Part shown: positions 12,980 through 25,361 of the stretch, in pieces
Layout: every line of letters starts with the position of its first letter
Position numbering within the stretch: position 1 is the first letter of the stretch
Assembly (NCBI GenBank): GCA_037447605.1
Contig: CM074817.1
Coordinates: 1,612,001 to 1,676,000 of the forward strand
DNA: 64,000 nt
Direction: 5' to 3'
From: Zygnema circumcarinatum SAG 698-1b
Taxonomy: Eukaryota; Plantae; Zygnematophyceae
The notes under the pieces: generated by a model
Databases searched by the model: none
Told to the model about the DNA's origin: nothing
Seen by the model: the letters and a program-made list of their open reading frames with translations, nothing else
Program-made: the position numbers and the translations under genes

Positions 12980-13500
12980 TGTAGCACAAGATAAGTGGGG
13001 TTAAGAGAAGACTGCTGAGCTAGTTGCAGGTGCTGTACGGCCACTCGCGCGTCCGTGCTGAAACTAATGAAGGGTTGGGTTGGTGCTGTGGGTCTGCCTG
13101 CAGCATAGAGCCAGGATCCGGGAGATTCAGAGGTACGCGCAGCGGAAGACGTAGGGATCCCGAAGATGTTCCCACCGGCGGCTGGTCTCGATGTGCAAAG
13201 AGCCCTTCCTTGGGGGCTCTCTTCCCCTGTCCTCTCCTCGGCTATTCTCTTAGCTAGGCTTCTAGTTATCATCGGTCATTGGGATGAGCGTAAGGCAGAA
13301 TAGGACAAGATGGTAGCTTGGCATAGTGACAGCAAAGGGAAAACAGTACTCAACTTAGATAAAGGTTGTATTTTGGAAAGTCACCCCAGCCAGCGGTTGG
13401 CTGGGGATAGTCATTACAATGAAAGGATCTTCTCACTGAAATCTTTGTCTAGCTGGGCTGAATGGGACGTCTAAATGCTATCAGCAAGACGACTCTTTCT
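12980..13500. mobile_element. Truncated, diverged LTR of the same family as the LTRs at 15291 and 20283
   Basis: Starts TGTAGCACAAGATAA like 15291. Shares GAAACTAATGAAG, CTAGTTATCAT-GGTCATTGGG, the CCCCAGCCA hairpin and GCTGGGCTGAATGGGA-GTCTAAATGCTATCAGCAAGA in colinear order, then runs into the tandem array. Confidence 0.85.
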
Positions 13501-14209
13501 CTCTCTCTCTCTCTCTATCTATGGCATGGAACTCTCTCTCTCTCTCTCTCTATCTATGGCATGGAACTCTCTCTCTCTCTCTATCTATGGCATGGAACTC
13601 TCTCTCTCTCTCTATCTATGGCATGGAACTCTCTCTCTCTCTCTCTATCTATGGCATGGAACTCTCTCTCTCTCTCTATCTATGGCATGGAACTCTCTCT
13701 CTCTCTCTATCTATGGCATGGAACTCTCTCTCTCTCTCTATCTATGGCATGGAACTCTCTCTCTCTCTCTATCTATGGCATGGAACTCTCTCTCTCTCTC
13801 TATCTATGGCATGGAACTCTCTCTCTCTCTCTCTATCTATGGCATGGAACTCTCTCTCTCTCTCTCTATCTATGGCATGGAACTCTCTCTCTCTCTCTAT
13901 CTATGGCATGGAACTCTCTCTCTCTCTCTATCTATGGCATGGAACTCTCTCTCTCTCTCTCTCTCTCTATCTATGGCATGGAACTCTCTCTCTCTCTCTA
14001 TCTATGGCATGGAACTCTCTCTCTCTCTCTATCTATGGCATGGAACTCTCTCTCTCTCTCTATCTATGGCATGGAACTCTCTCTCTCTCTCTCTCTCTAT
14101 CTATGGCATGGAACTCTCTCTCTCTCTCTCTATCTATGGCATGGAACTCTCTCTCTCTCTCTATCTATGGCATGGAACTCTCTCTCTCTCTCTCTCTATC
14201 TATGGCATG

Positions 14210-14246
<37 letters not shown>

Positions 14247-14997
14247 GGCATGGAACTCTCTCTCTCTCTCTATCTATGGCATGGAACTCTCTCTCTCTCT
14301 CTATCTATGGCATGGAACTCTCTCTCTCTCTCTATCTATGGCATGGAACTCTCTCTCTCTCTCTATCTATGGCATGGAACTCTCTCTCTCTCTCTATCTA
14401 TGGCATGGAACTCTCTCTCTCTCTCTATCTATGGCATGGAACTCTCTCTCTCTCTCTATCTATGGCATGGAACTCTCTCTCTCTCTCTATCTATGGCATG
14501 GAACTCTCTCTCTCTCTCTATCTATGGCATGGAACTCTCTCTCTCTCTCTATCTATGGCATGGAACTCTCTCTCTCTCTCTCTATCTATGGCATGGAACT
14601 CTCTCTCTCTCTCTCTCTCTATCTATGGCATGGAACTCTCTCTCTCTCTCTATCTATGGCATGGAACTCTCTCTCTCTCTCTATCTATGGCATGGAACTC
14701 TCTCTCTCTCTCTATCTATGGCATGGAACTCTCTCTCTCTCTCTATCTATGGCATGGAACTCTCTCTCTCTCTCTATCTATGGCATGGAACTCTCTCTCT
14801 CTCTCTATCTATGGCATGGAACTCTCTCTCTCTCTCTCTATCTATGGCATGGAACTCTCTCTCTCTCTCTATCTATGGCATGGAACTCTCTCTCTCTCTC
14901 TATCTATGGCATGGAACTCTCTCTCTCTCTCTATCTATGGCATGGAACTCTCTCTCTCTCTCTATCTATGGCATGGAACTCTCTCTCTCTCTCTCTT
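13501..14997. repeat. Compound minisatellite: 46 copies of ATCTATGGCATGGAAC separated by (TC)n; unit 31 bp, with variants of 33-43 bp
   Basis: Counted by eye: of 45 inter-unit distances, 33 are 31 bp, six 33, two 35, two 37, one 39 and one 43. No substitution was seen in the core. Confidence 0.97.
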
Positions 14998-15000
14998 TAG

Positions 15001-15140
15001 CGGATGGTGTCTTGTTCAGTGGAGCGCAGCACATGGCGCGCCTTCATTCTCAGTGGCGACTCACGGATTCCGCTGATCCGTGACACGGAAGAGGCATATG
15101 TCAAGTACAACTGAACGGGCGCGGATCCGTTGAACGCAGC
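15001..15140. mobile_element. Diverged remnant of retroelement internal sequence homologous to 16140-16290
   Basis: Colinear shared blocks: TTCAGTGGAGCGC vs TTCCGTGGAGCGC, CTCACGGATT, GGCATATGTCAAGTACAA vs GGCATATATCAAGTACAA, and GATCCG. Confidence 0.6.
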
Positions 15141-15290
15141 TCCGTTGTGCTACACCCTCTTATTTTCGCTACCCAATATTTTTGCCCTGATTTTGCCAAA
15201 ACCACTTTTTTGTACGGCCAGTCTGTGTTATCCGTACTAGACGTACTCACCGTACTGATCGTACTGTACTAGCCGTACCAACCGTACTAG

Positions 15291-15964
15291 TGTAGCACAA
15301 GATAAAAATTAGGGTTAAGAGACTTCTTTGGTCACAAGTGAAGGTGTTATGCGGCAACTAGTGCATCTGCAATCACGAAACTAATGAAGGAGGTTAGTTA
15401 GGTACGTGGAATACGCTGCAGCATAGGAGCCAGGAACCGGGGATTGAGGCAATGCCTTGGCCCGAGAAAAACGCGTAAAGGATCACGAAGATGTTCCTGC
15501 GTCGGCAGCGGACTTGATGTAAAGAGCCTCTAGGGGTTCTCTCTTCTTGTTCTCTCTTGACTATTCTCTTTGTTAGGCTCCTAGTTATCATTGGTCATTG
15601 GGAGGAATGGAAGGCAGGCTACAGCAAGTTCAGAGCTTGGCATAGAGGCAGCAAAGGGAAGATAGGAATCAGCTTAGAAAAAGGGTGTGTCTTTGAAACT
15701 CACCCCAGCCAATCTGGCTGGGGATTCTCATTACAATATAAGTGTCTTCTCACTGAAATGCTTGTTTGGCTGGGCTGAATGGGATGTCTAAATGCTATCA
15801 GCAAGAACACTCTCTCTCTCTCTCTTTGCAGTGGAACTCTTTCTCTCTCTAACTAGCATTTGTTGCTGGAGCTTGAGAGGAAGAAAAGAAGAACAGGACA
15901 ACAAACCACACAGCAAATACAAATACTAAGCCCAGCACTAAAAGACAAACTAGCATAACTGACA
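15291..15964. repeat. LTR (674 bp) of the gypsy element
   Basis: TGTAGCA...AACTGACA termini; nearly identical to 20283-20663 over the shared part. Confidence 0.85.
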
Positions 15965-18900
15965 TCCAATCTATCTATCTCTGACGGCAAATCACGAGTC
16001 CTAGTAGTGGCAGGTCTCGATTGAAGCTCGCGACCCAGCGAGTGGCTTTGGTGACTATGTCGGGAGCCTTATGATAGGTCAACTAATAACTGCTCGGCCC
16101 GGCCGGTTTCTTTGCGCTCGAGTGCACTTAACTGGCTGGATGATGTGGCATTTCCGTGGAGCGCCAACCGCGTGAAATGCACCTTCGCGCATCCTCCGGG
16201 TTAGCGGCTCACGGATTACTGCTTGCGTCGTGACCTTTGAAAAGGCATATATCAAGTACAAGCCCGAGCGGCGAGATCCGCGTCGGCCAGCGGCTCGCTC
16301 GCTACATCGCCTTTTGCGAAAGCGCCGCGCCCGGCGAGCACCAATGAAAAGAAGAAAGAAAGGAAGTGGAGGTCCAATGGAGGGATGTGGGATAGCTGGA
16401 TGCAATGTAGAGGTCGGGGGAGGGAGGAGAGAGAGAGAAGAAAGGGCAGGGTGCCAGAGTGAGGATAACGAGCAGGAGTGAGGAAAAGTGGAGGAGACAG
16501 AATCCGAGAGGGAAGGAGGAAGTGGCGTAGACAATGATGATGGGGACGGAGGCAGCGGTGGGCGAGACGGTGGCCGTGGGGAGAAGCTCCCGCGTACATT
16601 GCCGTCAGCGAGGGGAGAGTGGCGCAGCCTTGCTATGGCAGCGCATAGGAGCCTGAAGGAGGAAATGCAGGTATCCCTAGCGGAAGGAGGTAGAACTAGA
16701 GGCTGCTTGAGAGAGGCGAAGCGTCGGAGTAGATGAGCGAGAAAGGGGAAGCGGTGGAAGTGGGGCAAGAGAGTGGATGGAAGGCGAGGGGGAGAGTTGT
16801 AGTGGGAGGAGAAGAGGAGAGCAACTGAGGTGGGGAGAGGAGGCTAGACTAAGGAATGCGGAGATTCAGAATTGATGCGATGTTGCAAGGATGGAAGGCT
16901 TGAAGTGAGAGGACAATCAGGGAGAAACTGAAAAAAAGGGGGGGGCAGAATAAGCAGGCTAGAATTTAGAACCGAATTGGGAGGGAGAGGAGCAAGAGCT
17001 GAGCTGGTGGGGTAGGGCACCGTGGCGAGTGGGAGAAAGTCCCGTGTAGTTTCTGTGATGGAGAGGCGTGTCATGGCCGCATCTGAAGAGGCTGCCGGGC
17101 TGACCTGGGTAGGTGGCACCCACGTGGAGGGGAAAGCTGGTGGATCCATGGTGGAGAAGTTGGGAGGAGCAAGAGGATGAGAATTAGGGTTAAGGGTCGA
17201 GGGGTCGTGGAACTGGGAGGAATCCGAAATCGAAAGGTACGACAGGCTGGCGAAATGTTGGCGAAGTGGCAAAAAGGGGCGGGAAGTAGAAATGGACCAA
17301 TAAGGAGTCGTCATGGCAGGGGGGGTACGGAGGAGACCGCGCTGTCGGTCGCAAACGGTCAGCCATCGCGGGGGGGAGGAACAGCTGACGTGGCGGCGCG
17401 AATGTCGATCCAGTGTGAACGCCAGCGCCGGGCGTTCCCACTAGAGTCAGGGCCTTCCGAAATGATGGCCCAGCCCGGAATGTCGGACGGACCGACACAA
17501 ATGAAAGGGCCCAACCAGGGAAAGGCCCGTTGAGTCGGTTTGGCGAGATTCCTGAGCCAAACAAGCTGACGTGGCGCGACCTGATTGGGCGGGAGAGCAG
17601 CGCGTCGGCGCCTCCCAAAGTCGGTGAGTTGGGCGTCACGTCTTGGCGTTAGAGTTGATGGGAAGCCATGGAATCTGGGGTTTGGGGCGTAGGGGCGGGG
17701 CGAGCTCTGCGCTACCGATCCGGGGCGCATCATAAAGTAGAAAGAGGTTTAGCGAGGGAGGTCAAGGGAATGCGGGGAACTTCGTCCATAGAGAGAGCTC
17801 GTAGGGAGAAGCGGTGGAGGAGTGAGCAGGCGTGTTGTAAGTGAAGGCGAGGATGCCCACCAGCGCCCGATCCGCCTCAACTCAGCGCAGCGCGAAACGC
17901 CGCAGCGTCGCTTTGGCGGGAAGTGCAGCATGAGTACGTTACGCAAGCCCATTGCGAGGGGAAGTAGGGGCTAGAGGTGCGGTGATGATGCGAAAGTCTT
18001 GCATGAGAGCAGCAACGCCCCCTTGTATTACGAGCCATTGTCGGAGTGAGCGAGTAAGGGAGAGTAGCCCATTGAATGATATACGTCGGGGAGGCGGCGA
18101 GTGGGCCCGAGTGCTTGGATTGGGATTTAAAACGAACTTCCACCTGACCCCGGGTGTATCTATCCTTGCTAAGAATACCTAATGTATCCGGATAGGTGCA
18201 GTACATGGAATAGAAAATGTGTCAATGTTCCAATCTTACGCAACACCATTATAGGGATCTCACCATCTCTAGGGTTGGCCGATTACGAGAGGCGGGCGTT
18301 TACAGCGTTGACAGCGTGTGCGGTTCGGCGATATCGGCTCACGGCGCCCGTGGGTCCGGGCGATAATACGCTGCTGACGCCGACATCTTCGCCGACGAGG
18401 TGGAATCCGCCGGGCTTTCGGCATCGTGGCGACATCGGAATCTCCATGCGCTCGTTGGGGAAAGGAACAGGAAGGCTGGAGGGGAGGTAGATAATCTGAC
18501 CATCATCATCAACAAAGAAGTTCCGAGCGCGGCGGAGCAGCCGAGCCCTCTCAGTATCCGTGATAAAAGGAGGCAATGTTCGAGTCATGACGTAACGCAG
18601 AAGAGAGGAGTCAGAATGAACATCATTGGCACTAGGGAAATGGGGAGGAAGAAAGGGAGCTTCGCCGTCGTCATCCATGAGGAGCTCCCAAGGATCCGCG
18701 TGAGGATGGCCGTGGGTGAAGTCAGAGTCCTGCCAGTGATGGAGGGTGGTGGCCGTGGCAGGAATATCAATCAGCCCATCCGCAAAGATGACATCATGCA
18801 GAGCTTGATCGGCAATGAAAATCTCGATGGGAAGANNNNNNNNNNCACGAATCGTGTGGCCGTGCGAAGACCTGTTTTGCAGCGATCAGCTTGCCGCAGA

Positions 18901-20282
18901 GGGATTTGCCAGAAGGACTTCTGCATATCCAGTGCAGAGAACCACTGGTCATCGGGAGAAACGCCATGGAGGATAAGGTCCACATCCGGCATTGTATATG
19001 GATCCCACTTCGTCACTACGTTCAATTTCCGATAGTCTCCACAGAAGCGAAGGGTGCCATCTGGCTTTGGTGGCAAAACAGCCGAACTGGCCCAAGGACC
19101 TTCTCCGGGTTCCGTCAATCCGGCAGCAACATTCTCATCAATTTGTCTTTCGACATCGGCTTGCTGAGCAGCGGAAAAGCAATAAGGGGTCATGGTCATC
19201 ACTGGAGGGGAATCCCCTGTATCGATGTGATGTTCAATCAGGTGGGTCTTTCCGATATCCAATGAATGGCGTGCAAAAACTAGGTGATTGCGATGCAAAA
19301 CTTGTCGCAATTGAGAATGCTTGATTGGGTCAGAGAGTACTGTTGGCCCCAATCGCATTTGACCCTCTATCTCCAGCCACTCTTCATCACTGATGGTCTC
19401 GTTGGCGAGAAAGCTGGGTGCAGCTATCACCGGCGGCAAAAGGTCTTCTGTCTGCGCACAGAGGGCTGGACCCGGAGGAGCAGGAGTGGGAGTCTCTTCC
19501 TCAGTATCAGAATTGGCAGAACCATAGGAAGAATGGGGACTGCCGGCAGCATGATACATGTTGACCTTTGGGTAGGATACCTGCGCCGTGGCGTGTCGTT
19601 TGGGGAAGGCGGAGGTGGCAAGGGACTCAAGTATGATGGGGAAGGAGCAATCGGTCCCTCCAGCAGATAAGTGCAGCTGACACGTAGAAAAGTCAATTTG
19701 TGCCCCCATTGCAATGAGCCAATCTGAGCCAAGCAGGATAGAATAATGCTCNNNNNNNNNNACTGCCCAAACCTTCATGCAGACTACCCTCAACCCCCAC
19801 ATATCTGGGGATGGGTTCGAGTGTCTTGTCCAACTTAACACCTGCAGCCTTCATCACTGGTTTAGACAGAACTGTGCGTATAGCTCCAGTGTCTATCATG
19901 GCCTTGCTAGGATGGCCATTCAGCCATACATTGACAATGATGCGCACGTTGGGCGTTGGGATCAGAGGGAGGACGTGAACCTGGCGAGGAGGCTGGCGGG
20001 GAGAGCGAACGGGGTCTGGAAGAGGCGCCGTGGCCATGTGGTGTATATCTGCAGGCGAGGGAATGCCCGGAGGAGGTGCCATGGGAACCGTGGGAGGCTG
20101 CAGAGTGGCCTCTGCACTGTCGGCCAGCTTACGAACTACAGCTGCAGCACCTGGAACCAGCTGCATCAACTGTGACAAGGTAATTCCGATCTTAGCCTTG
20201 TCCCCCATAAGCTGATGAACCATGCGTTCAATCAGGGATAGGCCATCTGTCGGGGGAGGTGGGCGGCGATCGNNNNNNNNNN

Positions 20283-20663
20283 CTTCTGTTCTCTCTTCAG
20301 CTATTCTCTTTGTTAGGCTCCTAGTTATCATTGGTCATTGGGAGGAATGGAAGGCAGGCTACAACAAGTTCAGAGCTTGGCATAGAGGCAGCAAAGGGAA
20401 GATAGGAATCAGCTTAGAAAAAGGGTGTGTCTTTGAAACTCACCCCAGCCAGCGATTGGCTGGGGATTCTCATTACAATATAAGTGTCTTCTCACTGAAA
20501 TGCTTGTTTGGCTGGGCTGAATGGGATGTCTAAATGCTATCAGCAAGAAGACTCTCTCTCTCTCTCTTTGCAGTGGAACTCTTTCTCTCACTAACTAGCA
20601 TCTGTTGCTGGAGCTTGAGAGGAAGAAAAGAAGAACAAGACAACAAACCACACAGCAAATACA
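20283..20663. repeat. Second LTR of the gypsy element, both ends in N gaps
   Basis: Colinear with about 15545-15925, with few substitutions and indels. Confidence 0.9.
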
Positions 20664-20673
20664 NNNNNNNNNN

Positions 20674-21244
20674 GGATGTACGGATGGTGATTTGAAATGT
20701 ACGAAGCGCGCGCGTCTACAAGGTATAAGGGCGCAACACCTGGAGCGACATGATTGGTCGCGGCAATATATGACGTGACAAGTATGTTTGGGACCGTGAC
20801 GTGACGAAACGAGACGCGACAAAAGTGGAGTCCGCGGACGGCAGTCGGAAATGGCGGGGATTAAAACTGACAGAAAAAGATAGGGCACATAACGTAGCGT
20901 GTTTCAGGAAAAATCTGTCAGTTTTAATTCCCGCCATTTCCGACTGCCGTCCGCGGACTCCACTTTTGTCGCGTCTCGTTTCGTCACGTCACGGTCCCAA
21001 ACATACTTGACACGTCATATGTTGTCCCGGCCAATCATGTCGCTCCACGTGTTGCGCCCTTATACCTTGTAGACGCGCGCGCTTCGTACATTTCAAATCA
21101 CCATCCGTACATCCGACGATAAAAGGTCAGTATCTTTTCTGAAAAGTGTGAAACAGCATTTTTCGGCAAAAAAAACCTTTTTTTGCTGCCCGGAGAAATC
21201 GTACACTACATTCAGAATCCGTACACTGTAAATAGTCGCCCCCC
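20674..21244. mobile_element. Foldback (long palindromic) MITE, left end lost in a gap; same family as 44886-45588
   Basis: Inverted arms surround the spacer AAAAGATAGGGCACATAACGTAGCGTGTTTCAGGAAAAA. The right end is TGTAAATAGTCGCCCCCC. Confidence 0.85.
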
Positions 21245-21786
21245 GAAAATATTGGGGGGGTCTACTGTACAAGGTATGTACGGAGAACGAGCTCGTTGGG
21301 GAGGGGAAGGAGTGGCCGTACGGTTACAAAGACGGTAAACTGCGGACATGGAGCGGACAGGGATGGCTGTGAAAATTTGGATGGGTGGAACTGATTGGGA
21401 TGTTGGAGGGGTGGAAACTTCGAGGCGGAGGGACGTGACTAACCTTTAGCCAGTAACTAATAACTAAAAAGATATTCCAAGCAGCGAACTAACAGCTGAA
21501 AGCGAAGTGAAATCTTTAGTCCACTTGGCTTACAGGATGACTCGCCATACACTAGTTAGTGGTAATTTTGTGAATCATTCCACTGTCAGTCACACATGTG
21601 AGTCACTTGCCATGTGTTAGCCAACGTACAGTTATCATAACATTACTTCTGTTAGTAATCGTTCAGTTAGAACATACCCTGCCTCTCTTTACCAATATGT
21701 TGATTAGTAACCGCGGCTACCTCCTAAGGGTGAATTGATGAGCCTAGGCGTAGTTTCCCGCTCATATCTTTTTCCTTCTGTGGTTA

Positions 21787-21880
21787 GGTCCTTTGCGACC
21801 AGTTCCTCGTGGTTCCCAACGATGATTTTGTCCATGTACATTTGATGGCGTCGCCATCATGATATCAATGCCACATCCCC
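21787..21880. repeat. Dispersed repeat of about 100 bp (GGTCCTTTGCGACCAG-TTCCTCGTGGTTCCC...CATTTGATGG); other copies at about 29901, 30074 and 50601
   Basis: The shared core is seen at four loci in the same orientation, with diverged flanks. Confidence 0.65.
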
Positions 21881-22147
21881 ACCTCTCCTTTGTAACTGCC
21901 TGCTACTAACTGACTAAAGTTAAAAATTCTTATTCAGCAATCAGATCTGGTTAGGAATGCTTCAGGAGTTCCGGTTGGAAACGATTTAGTTTGGAATTTT
22001 TTTATGCGACTTGTCCCTAAATTTGCCACCACTAATGGACAACGGCAGTCAGAATGGCATGAAGTTTGACCACGAGCTCCAACTTTATTCCTCATCCATC
22101 CTACACCAAATTATTGTACACTGATGACCCCAACGATGCCACTACCA

Positions 22148-25100
22148 CTATGCTCCCCTCTCCCCCCCGCCAATCTTCGCATACTCCTCCCATTGTCCTG
22201 CCAGCCCAACCCGCCAGAGACGCACAACCAAGTCTGCTCCGACTGCAGCCACCCGGAACCCCCCCATATCCCAATCCACCTGCCGAACCTGCAAGTCCAC
22301 ACATTTACCAGAAAAAACCCTGCTGTAAGTCGGCGAACGAAAGTTGAAGGATTAGCAAATGTACCACAGCAAATATACCGGAAGCAATCGGCTCCATAGC
22401 CAACACAAATGTGATGCACTAATGCAGACACCGAGCGGTCATCTGTGTTCTCCTTCAATCACTTGCTAAGCCTTCACCGTTACCCTTACCTTTACTTTAC
22501 TTTTACCTTTACCTTCACCTTTATCTTTACCTTTACCTGTACTCCTAAATATGGATAAGTAAAGTATGTTGTAATGTAAAAATGGAGGAGAAATATTTCC
22601 CACCTCTGCATCGTGGTTCAAGGTCGTCATCTTCTCGACATTTAGGAGGCCATCAGACCCGAGCTCATACTTGAGGCGCCACAGGAGCACTTGGTGCCCG
22701 GATGCAACTGCAAGAGCATCATAGGCCCTGAAGGCAGAGAACAGCGAGATTTTTGTCAGTCAGCAGACCCGTCCTTTTATTGAACTTCACTGGTTCAAGT
22801 TTCCTCCGTTTGCAGTTCTTTGCTGGAAACATTCAGGATTCGTATGAAAGAAGGCTGACGGGATTCTGGCAAGAACTATGCAGTGGTATAGGTACGCAAG
22901 GAGGGAAACCAGAGGTGATAAAACATTCAGGCAATCTCCAGGCTGCAGTTCCATGGTAAACATGACATGAGGGAGGGAGGGAGCGAGGNNNNNNNNNNGA
23001 GGGAGGGAGGGAGGGAGGGAGGGAGGAAGGGAGGGAGGGAGGTTTTGTTTACCTTCCCGCATTTTGAGCCCATGCAACATCGTTTATTGCCATTTTCTCA
23101 TTAGAGCCTCCGAGGAACGCCACCCTTTTCCATTTGTTGAACATCTCACTCTGCTGCCACACCTGCAACCCGTCTTCCTCCCTGAACATGACAGGAGTGG
23201 AGAAAACATCCTGACTTTGCGAAAAAAAAAAAAACAAATGCATCTTTCTTGTACAAGCTGTTGTACATCCCTAAAAAGTATATATATGTACAGTAGGGAA
23301 AGGGAAAAATGCCCTCATGCGGGTCACCTGCGCGGTATTGCTGCCAGTAGCGGTTCCTTTTGAGCCCAGGAGAAATGCAGGAGGCTGGCCAGGATCAGGG
23401 GACGGATTCCAACTGAGCGCCACCTGTGTGCAAATGGCTCTTTTACTGCCCATTTCTGCAGTCTGAATAAATGGAACCTCAGCCTGCAAGGGCATGCAAT
23501 GCAAAATATCAGTTTCCGGACATATGTTGATATGCTTGTATGAAGGCAAGTCTGACCTTTGACATGCATGTTTTGAGGTTCCAGAAATGCCGCTGCTTTA
23601 ACCATACTCATCTATCAACGTTTTTTATGCAGTAAAGATAAAGACGACCTAATGAACAACCCATGGGAAGGCATACAGACGAACGACAGAAGGGACAAGC
23701 ACCAACCTGTATCCGCCACTCCTTCAGTTCCAAAATGTCGTCCTCCTCAAAAACTCTCAACCACCCATCCCCGCTGGCTGCCACCTGTCAGACAAGGTAG
23801 GACGAATGGCACGAGACTTCAAGTCAGAATAATCCGTGAACCGCTTGACATTCGTGTTGGATACTTCTCTAACGGTTCTTTTAAATTGGTCTCATCTGAA
23901 CTTGGATGCAGTTCTCACCAGCAGGAGTCTGCCAGACGGGCTGGGCCCCATTGCCAGTGCAAGAGTTTGGCTGACGCGGCTAGGCAAGCGGGCACAGAGT
24001 CGCCATGTAGGCGAATTCGCAATCTCTGCAGGGTTGGCATTGAAACAAAAGGCGAGAGAGAGGGAGAGTGAGTGAAGGGTGGCGGAGAGATAGAGAGAAA
24101 GCGGAGAGAGAGAGAGAGCGGAGAGAGAGAGAGAGAGTGAGAGAGAGAGAAAGAGAAAAAGAGGGAGAGTGGATGGGGGGTGGCGTAGGGCAAAACTGCC
24201 TTAGAGAATCTAGACCAATACCAAGAACTCGATTTTAGGAACAAAAGAAAGTCTGCATAAATGCTATCAATTGCAAGGCATTTCAGATTTTGTGACTGCA
24301 AGAGTATTTAAATATAGCAAAAATTTGAAAATAAGATTCAAGGAGTCTGCATACATGCCATAATGTTATAATGAATTCAACATAGCTACTACCAAAGCCG
24401 CAGTAAACGAGCAAGAAGTCTCCCAGCCAAGGACTCCGCATTGGACAACGGTTGTTCATCGCTTTTGCCGTCAGTTTTCTTTTGAAGATCTTGATGAGAA
24501 ATGAAAGGTGTAAAACCCAAGCATATTGAAGTGCGGAGAGAGCACCTGACACAGGTGGTGCGGCCCATACAGAAACTCCGTTCACTGGAGAGCAAACAGC
24601 CAACTTGGTGCCAAACTGTGGCGGAGTCCAAAGCACCGCATGAATCCCACCGTTGTCTGCCTGTCAAAAGGGAGCCCCGAGCAAAACATTGCAGTTAGAG
24701 ACCATACATGGAGAAAAAAATGAGATGTAGGGAGAGATCTTGTGTTATTGAAAGGGATTCGCATACTGCGGTCCACGAAGGCTTCAAAAAAAATCCAGTT
24801 TAGATTTTATATTTTACTTTCTTCAAGCGAGAAGGACAAATCTCCTTCACGAATTCATTAAACCACTACCAAAGTTCAAAAACCAAAAAAAAAACTGCAA
24901 CATTTTAAGTCACATGATTCAGTGGAAGAAAAAACATTATTGAAATGTAGTGAGTACCTGCCACCTGCTTTGCAAAATCCAAGGCGAAAATCCTTCCTCC
25001 TCTGCCTTCCAGACCTCCACAATGCCGTTGGAATAAGCAGCAGCATACCGCCGCCTTGAACTGTCCCAAGCGCCTGCAGCAGCTCCAGCAGTCGGTGCTG

Positions 25101-25361
25101 CAGTTCTTACAACCTGGCGCTCACCAGCAGGCACGAGGAAAGCACGAAAATTGGAACCGTGATAAACTTGATTCGGAGGTCCTCATACAATGGACGAATA
25201 TTTCGAAGCAGACGAGAGTGGCCCTAAGATAAGGGTTCCTTCTTCAGCAACAAAAGTAGACAGCGCCTCGCGCTGCAGAAGAGGGTAGCAGAATGCCTGT
25301 GGAGGGAGGGCGTGCAGCTCACAAGGGGAGAGGACTGCAGAGCGGAGGGCTTCTCCGCCAT
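22148..25361 (-). CDS. SEH1: Nucleoporin SEH1 (WD40); exons about 25361-25323 (tentative), about 25113-24958, 24660-24546, 24025-23919, 23784-23707, 23483-23328, 23162-23053, 22727-22604, 22288-22148
   Basis: In-frame GT-AG joins give WRLCARL..SQTLALAMG, VAASGDGWLRVFEEDDILELKEWRIQ|AE, ALSWNP...PAFLLG, VWQ...NKWKRVA...DVAWAQNAGR|AYDALAVA, VRQVDWDMGG...LVVRLW...GQWEE. This is colinear with plant SEH1. The start exon is uncertain. Confidence 0.85.

Larger units (their letters stand above)
15291..20663 (-). mobile_element. Decayed Ty3/gypsy LTR retrotransposon; gappy, with most of gag lost in gaps
   Basis: Minus-strand order is protease (AMIDTGA...LLGSDWL), RT (PWASS...KPDGTLRFCGDYRKLN...FSALDMQKSFWQIPL), then a degenerate integrase (CQRCK; HSDNGS*; HHRTSSPYFP) with stops and frameshifts. 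It is flanked by direct LTRs at 15291-15964 (TG...CA) and 20283-20663 (partial, gap-bounded). Confidence 0.88.

Noticed and set aside
12004-13272. 422-aa minus-strand ORF beginning MITRSL
   Set aside because: It starts inside an LTR (the same start recurs at 15591 and 20331) and runs through GC-rich promoter DNA. It has no recognisable domain.
13462-15083. Three ORFs of more than 500 aa, and a CRISPR-like appearance of the array
   Set aside because: The ORFs are open only because the 31-bp unit has no stop on the + strand. The apparent spacers are pure (TC)n rather than unique sequence, there are no cas genes, and the context is a eukaryotic LTR.
19693-20331. ORF apparently fusing an LTR start to gag-protease
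   Set aside because: It crosses N gaps of unknown size, so the frame continuity is an artefact.
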